A DNA stretch of 64,000 bases, from positions 62,001 through 126,000 of the forward strand of contig JALMLS010000150.1 in the NCBI GenBank assembly GCA_038496445.1. The letters are read 5' to 3'. Source of the stretch: Trichosphaerium sp. ATCC 40318. Lineage: Eukaryota > Protista > Tubulinea. Below the pieces are notes generated by a model, which saw only the letters and a program-made list of their open reading frames with translations, was not told where the DNA came from and did no database searches. Made by a program: the position numbers and the translations under genes. Shown here piece after piece: positions 47,469-60,556 of the stretch (positions within the stretch are counted from its first letter, which is position 1; every line of letters starts with the position of its first letter).

Positions 47469-49097
47469 ATGCGTATCTTATTTGGTAAGTAACGTTTAGA
47501 CGCACGTGACGTGACTTTTTTTGTTAATAAAAGGGGTTCTGTTATTCATTATTTCAACCGTATCAGCAAGTCGACAAGTTGACTGCACGTCATTTAATCG
47601 CCAAATAGACACTCAAGAACTTGAACGTTATCTTGTCGGTTTCAGCAACTTTGAAGAAACTGATGCGTCCAACAAAACAACGCGTGAAGGAAGGAGTTCT
47701 ATACAGTTCGAGGCGCAACTAGCCTACGCAATGGGTGGTACAGGTGGAGTAGACCTAGCCGAGTTCATGTACGTCGTATGAATCTAGTATTACTCTAATT
47801 GGCTATAGTTACGCAGTTAGAGTACTCGAAGAGGAGGTTGATGCCGTTTCAGTACCCTTGAAAGTTGTCACAAACACGTGGCAACTACAATGGAAAGGAA
47901 TCGCTGATAGACATGCTTCAAGCGGTGATACTCAAGCCTCTAATGGTAGAATGCGATTAGCAGCGAAACACTATCACATGGCGGCAACTTATTATCAGAT
48001 TGCTGAACGATTCGGTGATCACATGGATCCTGATAATCTTGATCTTTACTCGATGTCAGTCGCTTTGTTTACAAAGGCTGCGAACATCTCTCATGGATGT
48101 TCTTCGGTGCAAGTTCCTTATGACAATACAACTCTACCAGCTTATTGGTGTACTGGAAAACACCTGCAAATGCCAAGCATTATCATTGTGAGTGGTTTCG
48201 ACTCAAGCAATCTTTTCTCTTTTCACGGAGTAGCTATAGCCGCACTTGAGGAAGGATACAATGTATTGATATTGGAAGGACCTGGACAAGGAAGCGCGAG
48301 TAGATTCCAAAATCTAGCTTTTATACCAAACTTTGAAGCAGCAATAACTCCAGCAGTTGATTGGATACAAACTAAGTATGGTAAGTCCGGTTCCGTTTCT
48401 TGTTCTTCCGTCAGCTTCTTTTCAACATCAAAATCACGTGCATCATTGATAGTTACAAAGTACCGTTTCCTTTAATCTTGTCATTGCCAAATACATGTTC
48501 TACAGGTGCCTGGATATCCTTACTCTTCTTGTTCTAGGTATGAACATGAAAATAGCTCTTTGGTGCCATTCTTTTGGAGGTTACTTATGTGCAAGAGCAT
48601 TCGCTAAAGAACAAAGAATAGCAGCTACAATTCTAGATGGAGGCATTCTTGACTTCTACCAACTCTTAATCTGTGACCTTCCTGCGAACATTCGTGACTT
48701 ATTCTTCAACAATAGACCAGCTTTTGACAACTTAATGGGTGAGGCGATGCCATACTCATACAGTCTTCAATTCCTTCAATACTGGGGATCCCTTGGCTTC
48801 CAAGTATCGACTATAAGCCAAGCGCTTGATAAAGCTCAAGCTTTTATTATGGGTGATGCTATTGAAGGTTTTGGTTCAAGGCCTGTGCTAGTTGATGATC
48901 CAAAGCTGGATACTTTGGCGAAGAATGCTTCTGTTTTATTCTTTGATGCTTTACCAAGACCTTTGAATATGCACTCAGAGATTTACTCACCTAGTGTTGA
49001 TAGTGGGATGGCTCTACATTCGGCTGCGTCTTCCACACAGAACGCAAATGCTTATTACTTATCTTGGCTTGAAACCGTTTTGTATGGAAAAAAATAA
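47469..49097 (+). CDS. Secreted FrsA/DHPON-hydrolase-like alpha/beta hydrolase
   Basis: AATYYQIAERF; VQVPYDNTTLPAYW; IIVSGFDS; GYNVLILEGPGQG; AITPAVDWI; WCHSFGGYLCARA; signal peptide. Confidence 0.8.
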
Positions 49098-49907
49098 AAA
49101 CCTGTTCAGTTAATGAGTTGTTGTGACTTTTTGAATCAGACTCTGAATGACCACACTAAAATATCTGGTTTTTGGTACTGTTTTCAACTATATACAAAGT
49201 ATAGGAGGTACACTAGTGATGACATCTGCGACAAAAACCACATTTGTTTGGGTTTTTTTCCAGTAATTTTATTCACTTCAATCCTGTGTCAAAAGTTCGA
49301 TATTCTGGTTGGCTTCAGCCTCCTCCATAGCACGAATATGTGTAACATCATTTTTGAAGAAAGATAACCACACAGTCAAAGAGAAAACTGCAAAAAACAA
49401 AAAACAAGGAAGGCTATTTTACTACTTCTGAATTTCAATTTCGCCGGATAATTAGTTAGACCCTTAGTACTGATGAACAATACACCGCAAATGCACTTGT
49501 CAAGCATACTGGTAAATGATTTCATAAGACCAACGTTGCTTTCTGTCACAACCAAAAAAGCAAAAAAAAACAGTTTTCGCTGCCACATTTTTCTGTATTG
49601 CCAACAAACCTTTTTTAGGATTCTACTGTACCGCCCCTAGAAAGTACTTACAACAGGACAATTGAATTCAGTCTACCGATCACTTTAGTGTAGTGATTGT
49701 TAACTGCGTGAAGCAAATTTTTTCGTTATTGTTTCCTTTTTTGGTCTACAGTGGTGTATTATTACAGTTTACGATGCAGATGTTTTCTGTATCGGTTTTT
49801 AGAGAAGATACGCTTGTGCTTTCTCTTTTTTGGTACAAGTTGACGGATGAATGCCGTTAGCAATTCAAGTATCTCGCTTAGGCATTTCTAAGCGTAGTTG
49901 GTTCGTT

Positions 49908-50479
49908 TTACGCTGAAATAAGCTGTAAACGTTCTGGTACAACGTTTTCGTATATTGCTCTATCTCCTAGCACTGCATGAGCGTTTATGATATTTTTAAA
50001 GGTATTTGAAGAGTTTTGTACCTGGATAAGGTGCATACGGAACCCTTTCTGCTGCAAGTCTCGGGATGACTCCCGAAATCATTATAGAGTTATGGTTAGA
50101 CAGTTCCGCAGAGGCAATTACAAAAATATGCCCAAAACACTTCTAAAGACTCCGAATGTCAGAAAAGCAGATCTAGACACTTTGCTTCTTGTACGCACAT
50201 TACTTGGACATCTCAAATAGTAGTCTATTACTGTTTGGTCGTGGTTTGAAGATATCCAGCTACGCGTGTTTCGTTAGACACTCAATAAACGCTTAAAGCT
50301 TTGTTTCTAGACACATACTTGTATTTCTTTAGTGTTTCTGGGCTTACAAGCCATACGCGACCACAGCGCTCACAAGTGCATTCGCGCTTCCAATTGGCTT
50401 TGTCACGTCTTCCTATACTTGTTTAGGTGCTGGATTTGTGTACTGCTAATTGGCTGGTACGTTTTGCGAAAAAGGCCAT
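49908..50479 (-). CDS. Small hypothetical zinc-ribbon-like protein (not in ORF track)
   Basis: Splicing at GT-AG gives MAFSQNEDVTKPIGKRECTCERCGRVWLV...YYLRCPSNKCFGHIFVI...LQLISA*. Confidence 0.45.
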
Positions 50480-50919
50480 TGTCTAACTAATGATTAAATT
50501 TAATGATGGTTCCTTGCAAGTTGCAATGATAGTGTTCGTAATATTAAAAAGCACTATGAACCTAAAAAGGAGCAAGAAAAGTCGTAAAATTTCTAACTTC
50601 CGTTTTTAGAAGTAGTGACTTTTTTTTTGCTACGTAGATCTACACGTCACCATGAATCACTCCTTTGTGTTGGCATTATGTACGCGCAACGAAAGAGTAG
50701 GTAGAATTGATGATATAACGACATAATTAACGGAACAACTCCAGTAACGTTTTTTTTTGAACTTCTGATAAAAAAAACAGCCGTTGGTGTTGTAGGTCGG
50801 TAGTTAGTACCCTTAAAGGTCAAATAATATCCTAGACTTTGATATAACGTAAAAAATGTATGCATCATGATAATGATTTTGATGGTGACATATCGGTTAT
50901 GTCGTGTCACTTTTTTATT

Positions 50920-52094
50920 TTAGCTTTCTTCATTTGTTTGAGATAGTTTCTGTATTTTGATGTCATTATCATGTATATACTTTACAACACTTGGGAACGT
51001 TAAGTGAGATATATCTTTTCCTTCTAATAAAAGGTTTCTGACGGCAGTTGAACTTACATCCGTAACTCCGTCTTCGATTTCAACAAGGAAGAATTCTGTA
51101 CCGAATTTTTTTTCCTTTATCTTGTCTAACTCAACGCCTAGGCGTCCTATGGCCACACAACCGAAAGGATATCTTGTATAAAGTAAGTCATTACGTTTTG
51201 AGGCACTGAGTGATACTAAGCATACCTTTGTTTCCCAGCATAAAGAGTTGCATCAAATGCTAAATCAGTACCACATACAAAAAAAATACTGAATTCTTCT
51301 TTGGGTATTTGCTCTTTTATAAACGATAAATGAGCATTTACGACGGATGGGAAATTGACAAACGTTGGTTGAGAGCATTCCCACGATGATACCTAAAGCC
51401 AGTCAATCGTACAGAGAAAGAAAAAAGCATAGAAACAAACAACTGCAGAAAGTACATACTTCTAGCCATTCAGATGAACACGTGACTGACCGTATCATCT
51501 CAATACGATGCTCTGCATCTATACACGATATACCCCTCCTTCGCATTTTACCTGAAACGTATACATCATGTGAAGGCGATAAATATCTAAAGCTTGGGTT
51601 ACAAATCATTTACGAATTTTTTTTAACCTACCCTGCCACAACTTTGCAGTCAGTCTCGCTCTCAAGCCTATCCTTTGCTAGACTCATCATCCGTACATGC
51701 ATATTGTGTACTGGACACATCGCACCAGTTGCCACAAGTACAACCTAGTTTAATTCAAAGGTCAGGAACTGACATACAATCTGCTAAGGTACTTTTTTTG
51801 TTGAAGTTGCTTTTTTTAGATTTGCTTGTAGTTTGATTAATGGGATAAGATCGGTTGGTTTCATTCCCTCAAAGTATTTTGATAGAGGCTGAAAGTGTTA
51901 GCTCGATGTTTGACCACTGTTGGGACAAGTACCTTTATTTCTTCTCCATACAAATCATAAAGCTTGCCTTCTACTTCAAGGACGCTTATGTCGTCCGTTT
52001 CAAGGCTTGGTTTTAGTCTAAACGCTTCAGACGTTAACGTACGTTAAACATGCAATAATTTACCACGTTTATAGTATCTAACGGCGCCCATCAT
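50920..52094 (-). CDS. NMNAT: Nicotinamide/nicotinate mononucleotide adenylyltransferase-like
   Basis: VVLVATGAMCPVHNMH (HxxH); GYLSPSHDVYV; HRIEM; SWECSQ; FVCGTDL; DVSSTAVR; VVKYI. Confidence 0.8.
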
Positions 52095-52465
52095 ATCACC
52101 AGACGACTCTAGACGTTTTATTATTATTACTATACTTTAAACGCCATAATCAAACCTGCGCGTACTGCCGCCAAGTAGTACCACTCAGCTGATTTATTTG
52201 CTTCCATACAAACGCTAGAGATGTTGTACAAGGCAACCAAATCAAATAAATTTCATAACTTTTTCTGACATTTGACTGAAAAGACATTTCGAACATCCGT
52301 TCTTTTTTGTGGCAGTAAGGGATAAAAGAAAATGTACTCTTTGTTGGAGGGGTATATTTTTACAGTTTAATGTTGACATTTGTTGTTTACAAGGGTTTTT
52401 GTACATTCGGTTATTTACAAGATTAAGAAAAATTGGTTTTGGTTGGTGAACATTTCGCGGTTTGT

Positions 52466-53454
52466 TTACGCTTTGATCCACTTGTGAGATAATATTTCAT
52501 TGCAATTAGGTCTCTTTGAAGGATTTTTATGAAGCATACTTCTGATAAGGTCTTTTGCTTCATTCGAAATGGATACGTCTTCAGGGAACCTCAAACTTCC
52601 CATTTGGATTCTTCTTAGCATATCAGGTATACTTGTTCCAGGCCAAGGGAAGTTTCCTGTTAATAGCCTGTAAAGTACGATACCTAGAGCCCAGATGTCG
52701 GCTTTTCGCGTATCATACTTTTTCTCCAAAAGAATCTCAGGAGACAAGTATAGGAGCGTTCCTCTCATGAATTTCTTACATCTTGTCTCTGTTTTCTGAC
52801 AAAGTCCGAAATCTATCAATTTTGCTTCGTTATCAGCTGTAAGCACTATATTACGCTCTTTAATGTCTTTGTGGCTATATCCTTCATCGTGAATGTATCC
52901 AAGTGCTTGTACGAGCTGAGAAAGCCAAATTCTTGTTTGACGTTCATCAACTCGCGTGTCTTTCTCAAGTGTTTGTTCGAGAGTGAGTCCAGGGATCAGT
53001 TCAAGGTAAATATATGCTTTATCATCCTTGACATGGAAATGTTCAAATTTCACTATGTACTTATGGTGCAACGCCTCTAAAGCGGCTACTTCGCGTCGAA
53101 TTTGTGATCTATAAAGCGTTAGACAACTTTAAGAGGAATAGAAGACAACAATTTAAACTTACTTGAACTTTAGATCAATTATTTTTACGGCGTATCTTTT
53201 GCCTGTTTTCTTGTTCTTGGCAGTGCGGACAACTCTAGTAGAGATAAGAAAAGCGTTTACGGAAGAAAGATTTAACCGGCAAAATTGTAAATAACACGAG
53301 AAAGCTGTTGTACGTACCCAAACTTCCCTTCTCCGAGCGTCCGAGAGCGTGGTTTGAAGTTACAGTCATCAGAACAAGGTCTTTTCTTTAAAATGTCCTT
53401 AGAGTGTGAGGATAGTCTTCTTTTTATTGTATCAACTAGTGTTGGTGTCCCCAT
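52466..53454 (-). CDS. Ser/Thr protein kinase, CAMK-like
   Basis: LGEGKFG; YAVKII; HKDIKERN; DFG; GTLLYLSPE; DIWALG; LHKNPSKRP. Confidence 0.9.
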
Positions 53455-54180
53455 GATGCTTTGTACAGGTTGGGTTTTTGAATAATCGGTTTTTTAATTA
53501 CGCCGATTTTTATCAAATTTATTATGGGATAAACAAAAGCCCCGCATTCACTTGTTTTTTGTCCTAGACAAAAACTAACCCCTTACAGTAATAAAACAAC
53601 ACTGTCTACACGGTCGGCGCTTATGGTGCTATTGGACAAATATAAGTATAAACATTTACCCGCATGTTTGTCCCCGCGGATTAATCACATCTAGCACTAT
53701 GAATTGATACAAGATTATTCAGTGACGGGGAAATGGGGTAGCTTCAGAAAAAAGTAACCACGTCTTCTCCTTTTTTTTATGATAGCATGTAGTTACTCCA
53801 GCTCTTTACGTAATGCAGTGAACTCAGACACGTGGAAGCGAAAAGTCGCAGAAATAGGGAAAACAAAATCCACCGGCAAGTAGTGTTCGTACAAAGAAAA
53901 GACAGAAAGTAATCGGGCTCCGGCGTAAATTGAAGATGTTGCGGGCATTTTTTTTAAGCGAGTGAACATTGTTCACCAAAAAATTGGGAAGTATTCTCTG
54001 CGAAATTTCTTCAACCCATGACAATAACGTCATTGATGAATTCTCTTTTAGCATTTACAAATTTTTTGTTGTTTATTGTCGTTTTAGTAAACGTACGTAG
54101 GTCTAGTTAACTACATACAAGTGTTCAATTATCGTCGATAGTGGTCCGGGTTAATCTTTCCTCTACATAGGATTTATTCT

Positions 54181-55555
54181 TTAATAGCCCTGAGCTTGGC
54201 TGTCATAAAAATTCTCAGTTTGCTCTCTTTGTTGCAAAACTTCATAAATTGCTGTCTTGAACACCAGCTCAACGTTCTTATCTTCCTTAGCCGAAGCCTC
54301 TACGTAGCTATAACCCAGACTATCTGCTTTTTCCTAACATGACAGTAAACCCTACAACCTCGACTAAAACGTCAAAGAAAAATTGAAACAGTTTTTTGCT
54401 TATTTAGGAAAGTTTGCTGTCGTTTGAAATCGCGTCAAACCTTAAAAAATCAAAATCGATGAATTATTTTCTCTACAATACCTTTGCATCATCTTCACTA
54501 ATAATTCGCTCTGCGGATAAGTCCTACGCGTTATAAGTCATAATTAATCAAGAAACATTGCAGTTAATAATTTACCAGTTTGTGACCACAAATAAGCAAT
54601 TGCGTTGACTCTCTTCCAAATTTACGAACTTGGTCTATCCAGTAATGTAGCTTATCGAAGGTATCTTCCTTTACATACAATTAACCTTATAAAAACGGCG
54701 ATTCTTTCTTGCTTTGTCTATAATATCGTTTGGCGTACATTGGTCAGGTCAAAAACAACAATTACGACATCAGCACCACGATAAAAACTGGCAGTGATGG
54801 TTGAGAACCTATTTTAGAATTGTTACAAAACTTTAATTTTCCTACCACTTCATATTGCGTCTAAATCGACTGTACGTACCTCTCTTGACCACCTAAAATC
54901 GTAAGTTAATAAAATAAATAAGTTTGACGCGTTTACGAGTTGTCAGTTGCCAACAATTTCAAAAAACGTGGAAGACCAAAAAAAACCCAAAACAACAAAA
55001 AAAAAACGTGCCTGTGTCCCAAATTCTGGCCTTTACTTTCACTTCGTTTAGATCTACTTCGCGCTCTTTCTATAATGGATTTAGATGAAGCGTTGGTTGA
55101 TGACAATCAAAATTCCTTTTTTTCTTTTTTTTTTGGTTTTTGGTTTTGGCTTTTCTAGCGTATCAGTGCGATAATTGTTAGGTTTTGGTTGAGAAATAAG
55201 CCTTCGGCACTAAAAGGGAAATTGTGGGCGTTAAAAATCATAAAGTGCTATGTTATGTATTTAGAGTGCTAATAAATATTTAATTACCGCGTCCATGCCA
55301 ATTGTTGGCGTTTCCTCTACAAATTCGCCATCGACAAACCTCACTGTAAAATTCGTTAAAACGCGAACAAGAGTAACTCCAAGTACCAATTAGACTGGTT
55401 TTACCAACTCCTACAAAAGATTAATTTCAACGCTTTGTTGGGTGTAAACTTTACCTATTTCTCCTAGTAATAGCAGTTTCACTGGCCTAATCTATAATGA
55501 GCGCTTTTTGGTAGTAACTGGTAACCAACTTACGCTGTGGGTGCCTTTGCTTCAT
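54181..55555 (-). CDS. Rab-like small GTPase encoded in many micro-exons (absent from ORF track)
   Basis: KLLLLGEIGVGKTSL; PTIGMD; IWDTGGQERFSTITASFYRGAD; CGHKLD; YVEASAK. 3' end approximate. Confidence 0.8.
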
Positions 55556-56166
55556 TGTTAACGCCGCCAACGACGGTAATACCTCTAGTTTGTCTTGTTT
55601 TTTCTTTTTTTGAGTGTTTGCACCCCATTTACAATATTGGCTTTAGGTATTATGCATGGGATGTTTTTGGTATGGTTTTAATAAAAAAAACTGCTTATCA
55701 ACGACTCAAAAAATAGCACAAGTCTCGTTTACGTCAAAACACCTGTGCTCGATCAATAGTCTCCCTACGGCTTCTAACCTTCCCTAAAAGTATCTACGTG
55801 CGTTGCTAGTCTGTACGAGAGCCTTCCAAAGTCGAACAAAGTTGACACTAAGGCCATTTTTGTCTCATACCCACCTGTAGCGCGAAAACCTATGCACATG
55901 CTACGAAACTGGTTCAAAACGTAAGATAGTTTGCCAGATTTCTGTCTGTTTCAGTGATTATGTACTTGGTGAGATCATTTATTGAGAGTAGCCTAGGAAC
56001 CATCGGATATGTTTGTTACGAAGGTTACCACATCATGTAGAATATAGCCTTCTTGCAAAGGTGCTGAATAATCTCAAACTTACGCCAATTTTACGTAACT
56101 TTCGATTCAAATTATTCAATTTACAACACCTTAAAAGCAACACGGAATAGCGAATAGAGATATACT

Positions 56167-57508
56167 ATGCTTAAACTAACTCTTCGTACAAGGGTACGCG
56201 CATCCTATGGATACCAACATATATAGCGTAATTTATTCGCTAATTGTCTTTAGCTTGCTGCTACGCCAGTCTTAGTAGCGAAAAGGACGCGTTTTACCCA
56301 GCAGAGATCTTTTAGCGTGTTAAAATCGCAAAACAAAATGAAGAAAACGTCATTCAGAACAAAACTCACTTCCACTACCATGTACAAACGCTGGTATAAC
56401 ATTGATGAACGTGTCAGTTATGCTTATGAACATAACCACAAACCCAGCAGTTTTGTTAAAGATGTACGAGTTCTAGACTTCATTTTTTGATAACATTTAG
56501 TGAACTTTGGAAAAAAGACTTCGCGTTCTCGTTTGCGTTTGAGGTAATAATGTATTCCCGTAGGTCAAGAGAGGACCTCCATACACTGACGTACAAAAGC
56601 TAGAAGGTGAATTCAATGACCTTGTAACAGCACACGTTGAGCCTGTAACAACTGGAGATAAGGTACGGAATAACTTTTTAGCTTCTTCAGAAAATATTCT
56701 CGAATAAAGTAACCAAGTCTATTTTATGATCCCTGACACGTGATAGGTCGCTCTTACGCTAGTTAACATGGTTAAACCATTCAACCACATGTTTTTTAGA
56801 GATAAATACACACATCACGCTGTTGTACTAGAGACAGTAGCGGCAGTTCCCGGAATGGTATGTTAAAGCCAAGCAGAGCTAAAAGAAACGTGTTTTTTTT
56901 GACCAAAGTTCAGGTTGCTGGTATGATGCGCCATTTCAAGAGTTTACGTCACATGCAGCGTGATCACGGATGGATACACCAACTTATTGAAGAAGCAGAG
57001 AACGAGCGAATGCATCTTCTCACATGGATGCAGGTAACTAACTACCTAGAAGCTAGTATTGTCTCATGTACTTTAGCTATGTCAACCAACTTTTCTTGAA
57101 CGCATACTTGTAGTCGCTGCACAATGCATATACACACCCTTCTATGCTTTCTTGTATACTTTAACACCAGCTGTTGCTCACAAGTACCACGCAAAAAAGA
57201 CTTTAGGCAGTACTGATCGAATTTCTAGGTTCGTTGGGTACTTGGAGGAAGAAGCTTGTCTCCAGTACACGCTTATGCTCAAAGCTATTGATGAAGGCAA
57301 AATAGAAAACGTAGAAGCTCCTGATATTGCCAAGGAGTACTGGAATTTGAAGCCAGACGCACGTCTTCGTGATGTAGTGTTGGTATGTTTTCTTCATCCA
57401 TTGTTGGTTTCGGAGGCTGACATTCTATAGGTTATCAGAGCTGATGAAGCTATGCACAGAGATGTGAATCATAGGTTCGCAGATCGAGCGAAACACGGCA
57501 TGTATTGA
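56167..57508 (+). CDS. AOX: Alternative oxidase
   Basis: [13 protein letters not shown]; [10 protein letters not shown]; FVGYLEEEA; [13 protein letters not shown]; presequence-like N-terminus. Confidence 0.95.
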
Positions 57509-57662
57509 CACGTTTTCAGTTCACATTTTTTTACCAAAAAGCCGATTGTAAATAAACCTTGTGATGTGAAACAAAGTCCGCTTATTTCAAGCTGCTACTA
57601 AAAGGATAACAACCTTTACTTCTGCTTATACACAACGTGTTCATGTTTAGTAGCCCGGTAAA

Positions 57663-59435
57663 ATGTTAATTTACACACGTGATATTTTTTTTGTATGGGT
57701 ACTAGCTCTTTCATTGATAACTGCTGTGAAGGTACTTGGACCTGATGAAGACCTGTACGTTTGAACTTTGCCAACAAATATTTCCATGGCCGTTTGTTAG
57801 CGACGCCTTCCCTGCAGCAGAGTTCCACATGCTTTGTGTTATAGATATTTTGGACTGGTTTTTTTATCGTTTCACGCGAAAATAGTAAATCCTGTTTTTG
57901 ACAATTTGGGACTGACTTTGTTATTGTTTAGCGAAGACGAAAAAGACCAGGCTTTTGGTGATGGTACTGTGAATTTTCAAGTTGCTTTTTCGTTACATCT
58001 ACGCACCATAGTAATGTGTTTTAATAAAGGTAACAAGTATGGTGACGCTAGAAAAGAATTGGAAGATTTGGGTCACGAAATAGACGCTACAAACAGGATA
58101 ACTACAACCAGATTAAACCGCAATGATATGTTTATATCAGGTGTTATAAAGACAGAGAATGATTTGGGAGAAATTCTGTCCTGGGTTGAAGATGGTAACT
58201 GGCTGTGCTCATATGTGATAAAAAGGGTCAAAGCTACTGTCAAGAATTAGAAAGTACGTTTGGTAATTCTATGCTGCAGTCAAGTTTGTCAAAATTATCA
58301 ACCAGTTACAGCTATGAGTAGTTTCACCAAATATGTTCTATTCTTATAACTGACAATAATAGGCGAAGGTATAGAGGCTGTTGATACTTGTGCTGAAATC
58401 CTTGATCCCATGATGATGACTATCGAGTGCGAAGATAAAAAGGAGCTTTATGTTCGTGAAAATCCGAGTTCTTTCTAAAGCTAAAGTTTTTGTTTTTAGA
58501 CAAGCAACGAGGCTCCTGGTCATCCTCTAATGAAAGATCTTGTTTCCTTTGTAGGGTTCTAGCAGATTATGGTACACCAACACAAAACATGTTATTTAAA
58601 ATGACCACAACCAAAAGTACTATTGGCGTTACAACCAAAGTACCCAAATAACTTTGATAACATGATAGTTTTCACTAGTTTCTGCGACAGCCGCTTGTGT
58701 TAGGTCTTTTCTTCAGTCAAAACTCTTGAGAGCGCTGTAGCAAAAGGTCATATTTTGCTTAATTTGTCTATTTTGATATTATTTATAAAGGCTACTTTGG
58801 TTGAACGCACAATAACATTCAATTTATAGCCGCATGGATTGATAATCCGCCAATTTCACCTACAGCGATGCCAATTACAAAACCGCGGGTAAGTACTGTG
58901 CAAAGTATATATTAAGCTAACCTATAATTGTAGCCAAATATCGTTGTTGTGGATAATTTAATAATTCAACAGAACCAAACCACAGTCAAAGGTAACCTTG
59001 CTATTTTAAGTAACAGTACGATGTTAATAAGTGTGGAAACTGTTGTTACGGTACAAGGTAAAACAACAAACTGACATCAACCATTGCCTAACACATTAAG
59101 GTTGCTTGGTGATACTAGACGGAAACTTAGATATAAAGCTTGATAGTGTACCAATTGATGGCAAAGTCATCGATTTAATTCGGTACACGTGCCAAGAATC
59201 GACATTCAATCAAATAAACGTGGTACAAAATGATACATGCAAGAACGTTGTTATCAAAGAGCAAACATACTCTGATAGCTCGCTATCAGTTGTATTCGGC
59301 GTCACAGATGGTTGCAGCTCCATATCCGGATCACTTGAATGGTGGGCATATTTTTTTATAATTTTGGCAGTTCTCATTGTTGTGATTGCCTTTATGTCTT
59401 TGGCTACTGTACTAATCTTCAAAAAATGTACATAA
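57663..59435 (+). pseudogene. Degenerate tandem copy of the 60557-63089 membrane protein gene
   Basis: Same exons as the downstream copy but with a frameshift (ggtaactggct vs ggtaacttggct, ~58200) and a ~310-bp deletion at ~58556 (joins 61558 to 61868 equivalents). Confidence 0.6.
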
Positions 59436-60556
59436 GGTTATAAATATAATAATAACGGTTATTGCAATTGGTGTCTGTTTTTGGAATAGATGGAAACTTT
59501 GCAATGTGGTAAATGATCCTTATAAATGGGTACTACCCAACGCACCTAGCCAACTTAAGGTGTTTTCTGGTAAACGTATTCTAAACGAATGCGTAACCGA
59601 AACTGAATTTATACCCTTAAACTACGAACTGGTAGCATACTGTATATTTCATAGTTGACATCACGAGTGTTTTTACTGTATTAATATAATTTTAGATTCA
59701 TTTCATAATTCACGAGAGCTGGTAAGTAGTGTACTTGAGCTGTTTTAAACTTTACGTTGCTAACATAAAATCCAAATAAGCCTTGTGGATATGTGACTGG
59801 CGTGAAACGTTTTTTAAGTTGTAGCAAACTCTCACTAATTACCTATTAGTCAACGTGCTGTTGTCCCGGAAAAAAAAAAAATAATAATGACAGTCTGTGT
59901 ACACTGTTGCAATTCAATATACTACGGCGAACGGATACAATTTAAGGAACGCTCTACTACAAAGCTTTTTGTGATCATCCTTAAAATAATACCCATTTGA
60001 AGAAGGCACAGCACTTTCCCAAGGAGTTCAACAACTCTAAAAAACTATTTCTTGTCACCATTGATCCGTCTGTACTATTGCTTTGTTTATGTTGCTTATC
60101 GTGTAAATATGCGTCCAGATATGAAAGCAATTTTGAAACATCATATTATGCTTTAAGAAATAGGTCACTTATATAAAACTCTCACCCAAAGACAGCTATG
60201 ACAATGAAATTGAACTAGAATAAGCACTCTTCTTCCAAAGTACCACTTACTGCCAAACATAGATGAATCTAGCATATAAAGTCGGCCCAATTTGGCTTGC
60301 GCCACCTGTCTTTAAATACTACTTATTTGAGTAACCCTTTGGTGTGACTTAGTACCGTTACATTATTGCCTCAATTAGGGAGTGGACCTGGACGGAAGTC
60401 AACAACTTAATATGAAATCCGAAAATACTTTAAGTCGTGATTAAATTTCAAGTTAAGTGGAAGGAAACAACGCTTTCCTTTTAGAACATTTCCTAATATC
60501 GTTGTTCAAAGCTTAATTTACCCCTCTGAAAATACAACTCCGTTGGCGGGGTTAAA

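Noticed and set aside
55600-56100. Possible small spliced gene between the Rab-like gene and AOX
   Set aside because: Splice-like signals are present but no convincing open frame.
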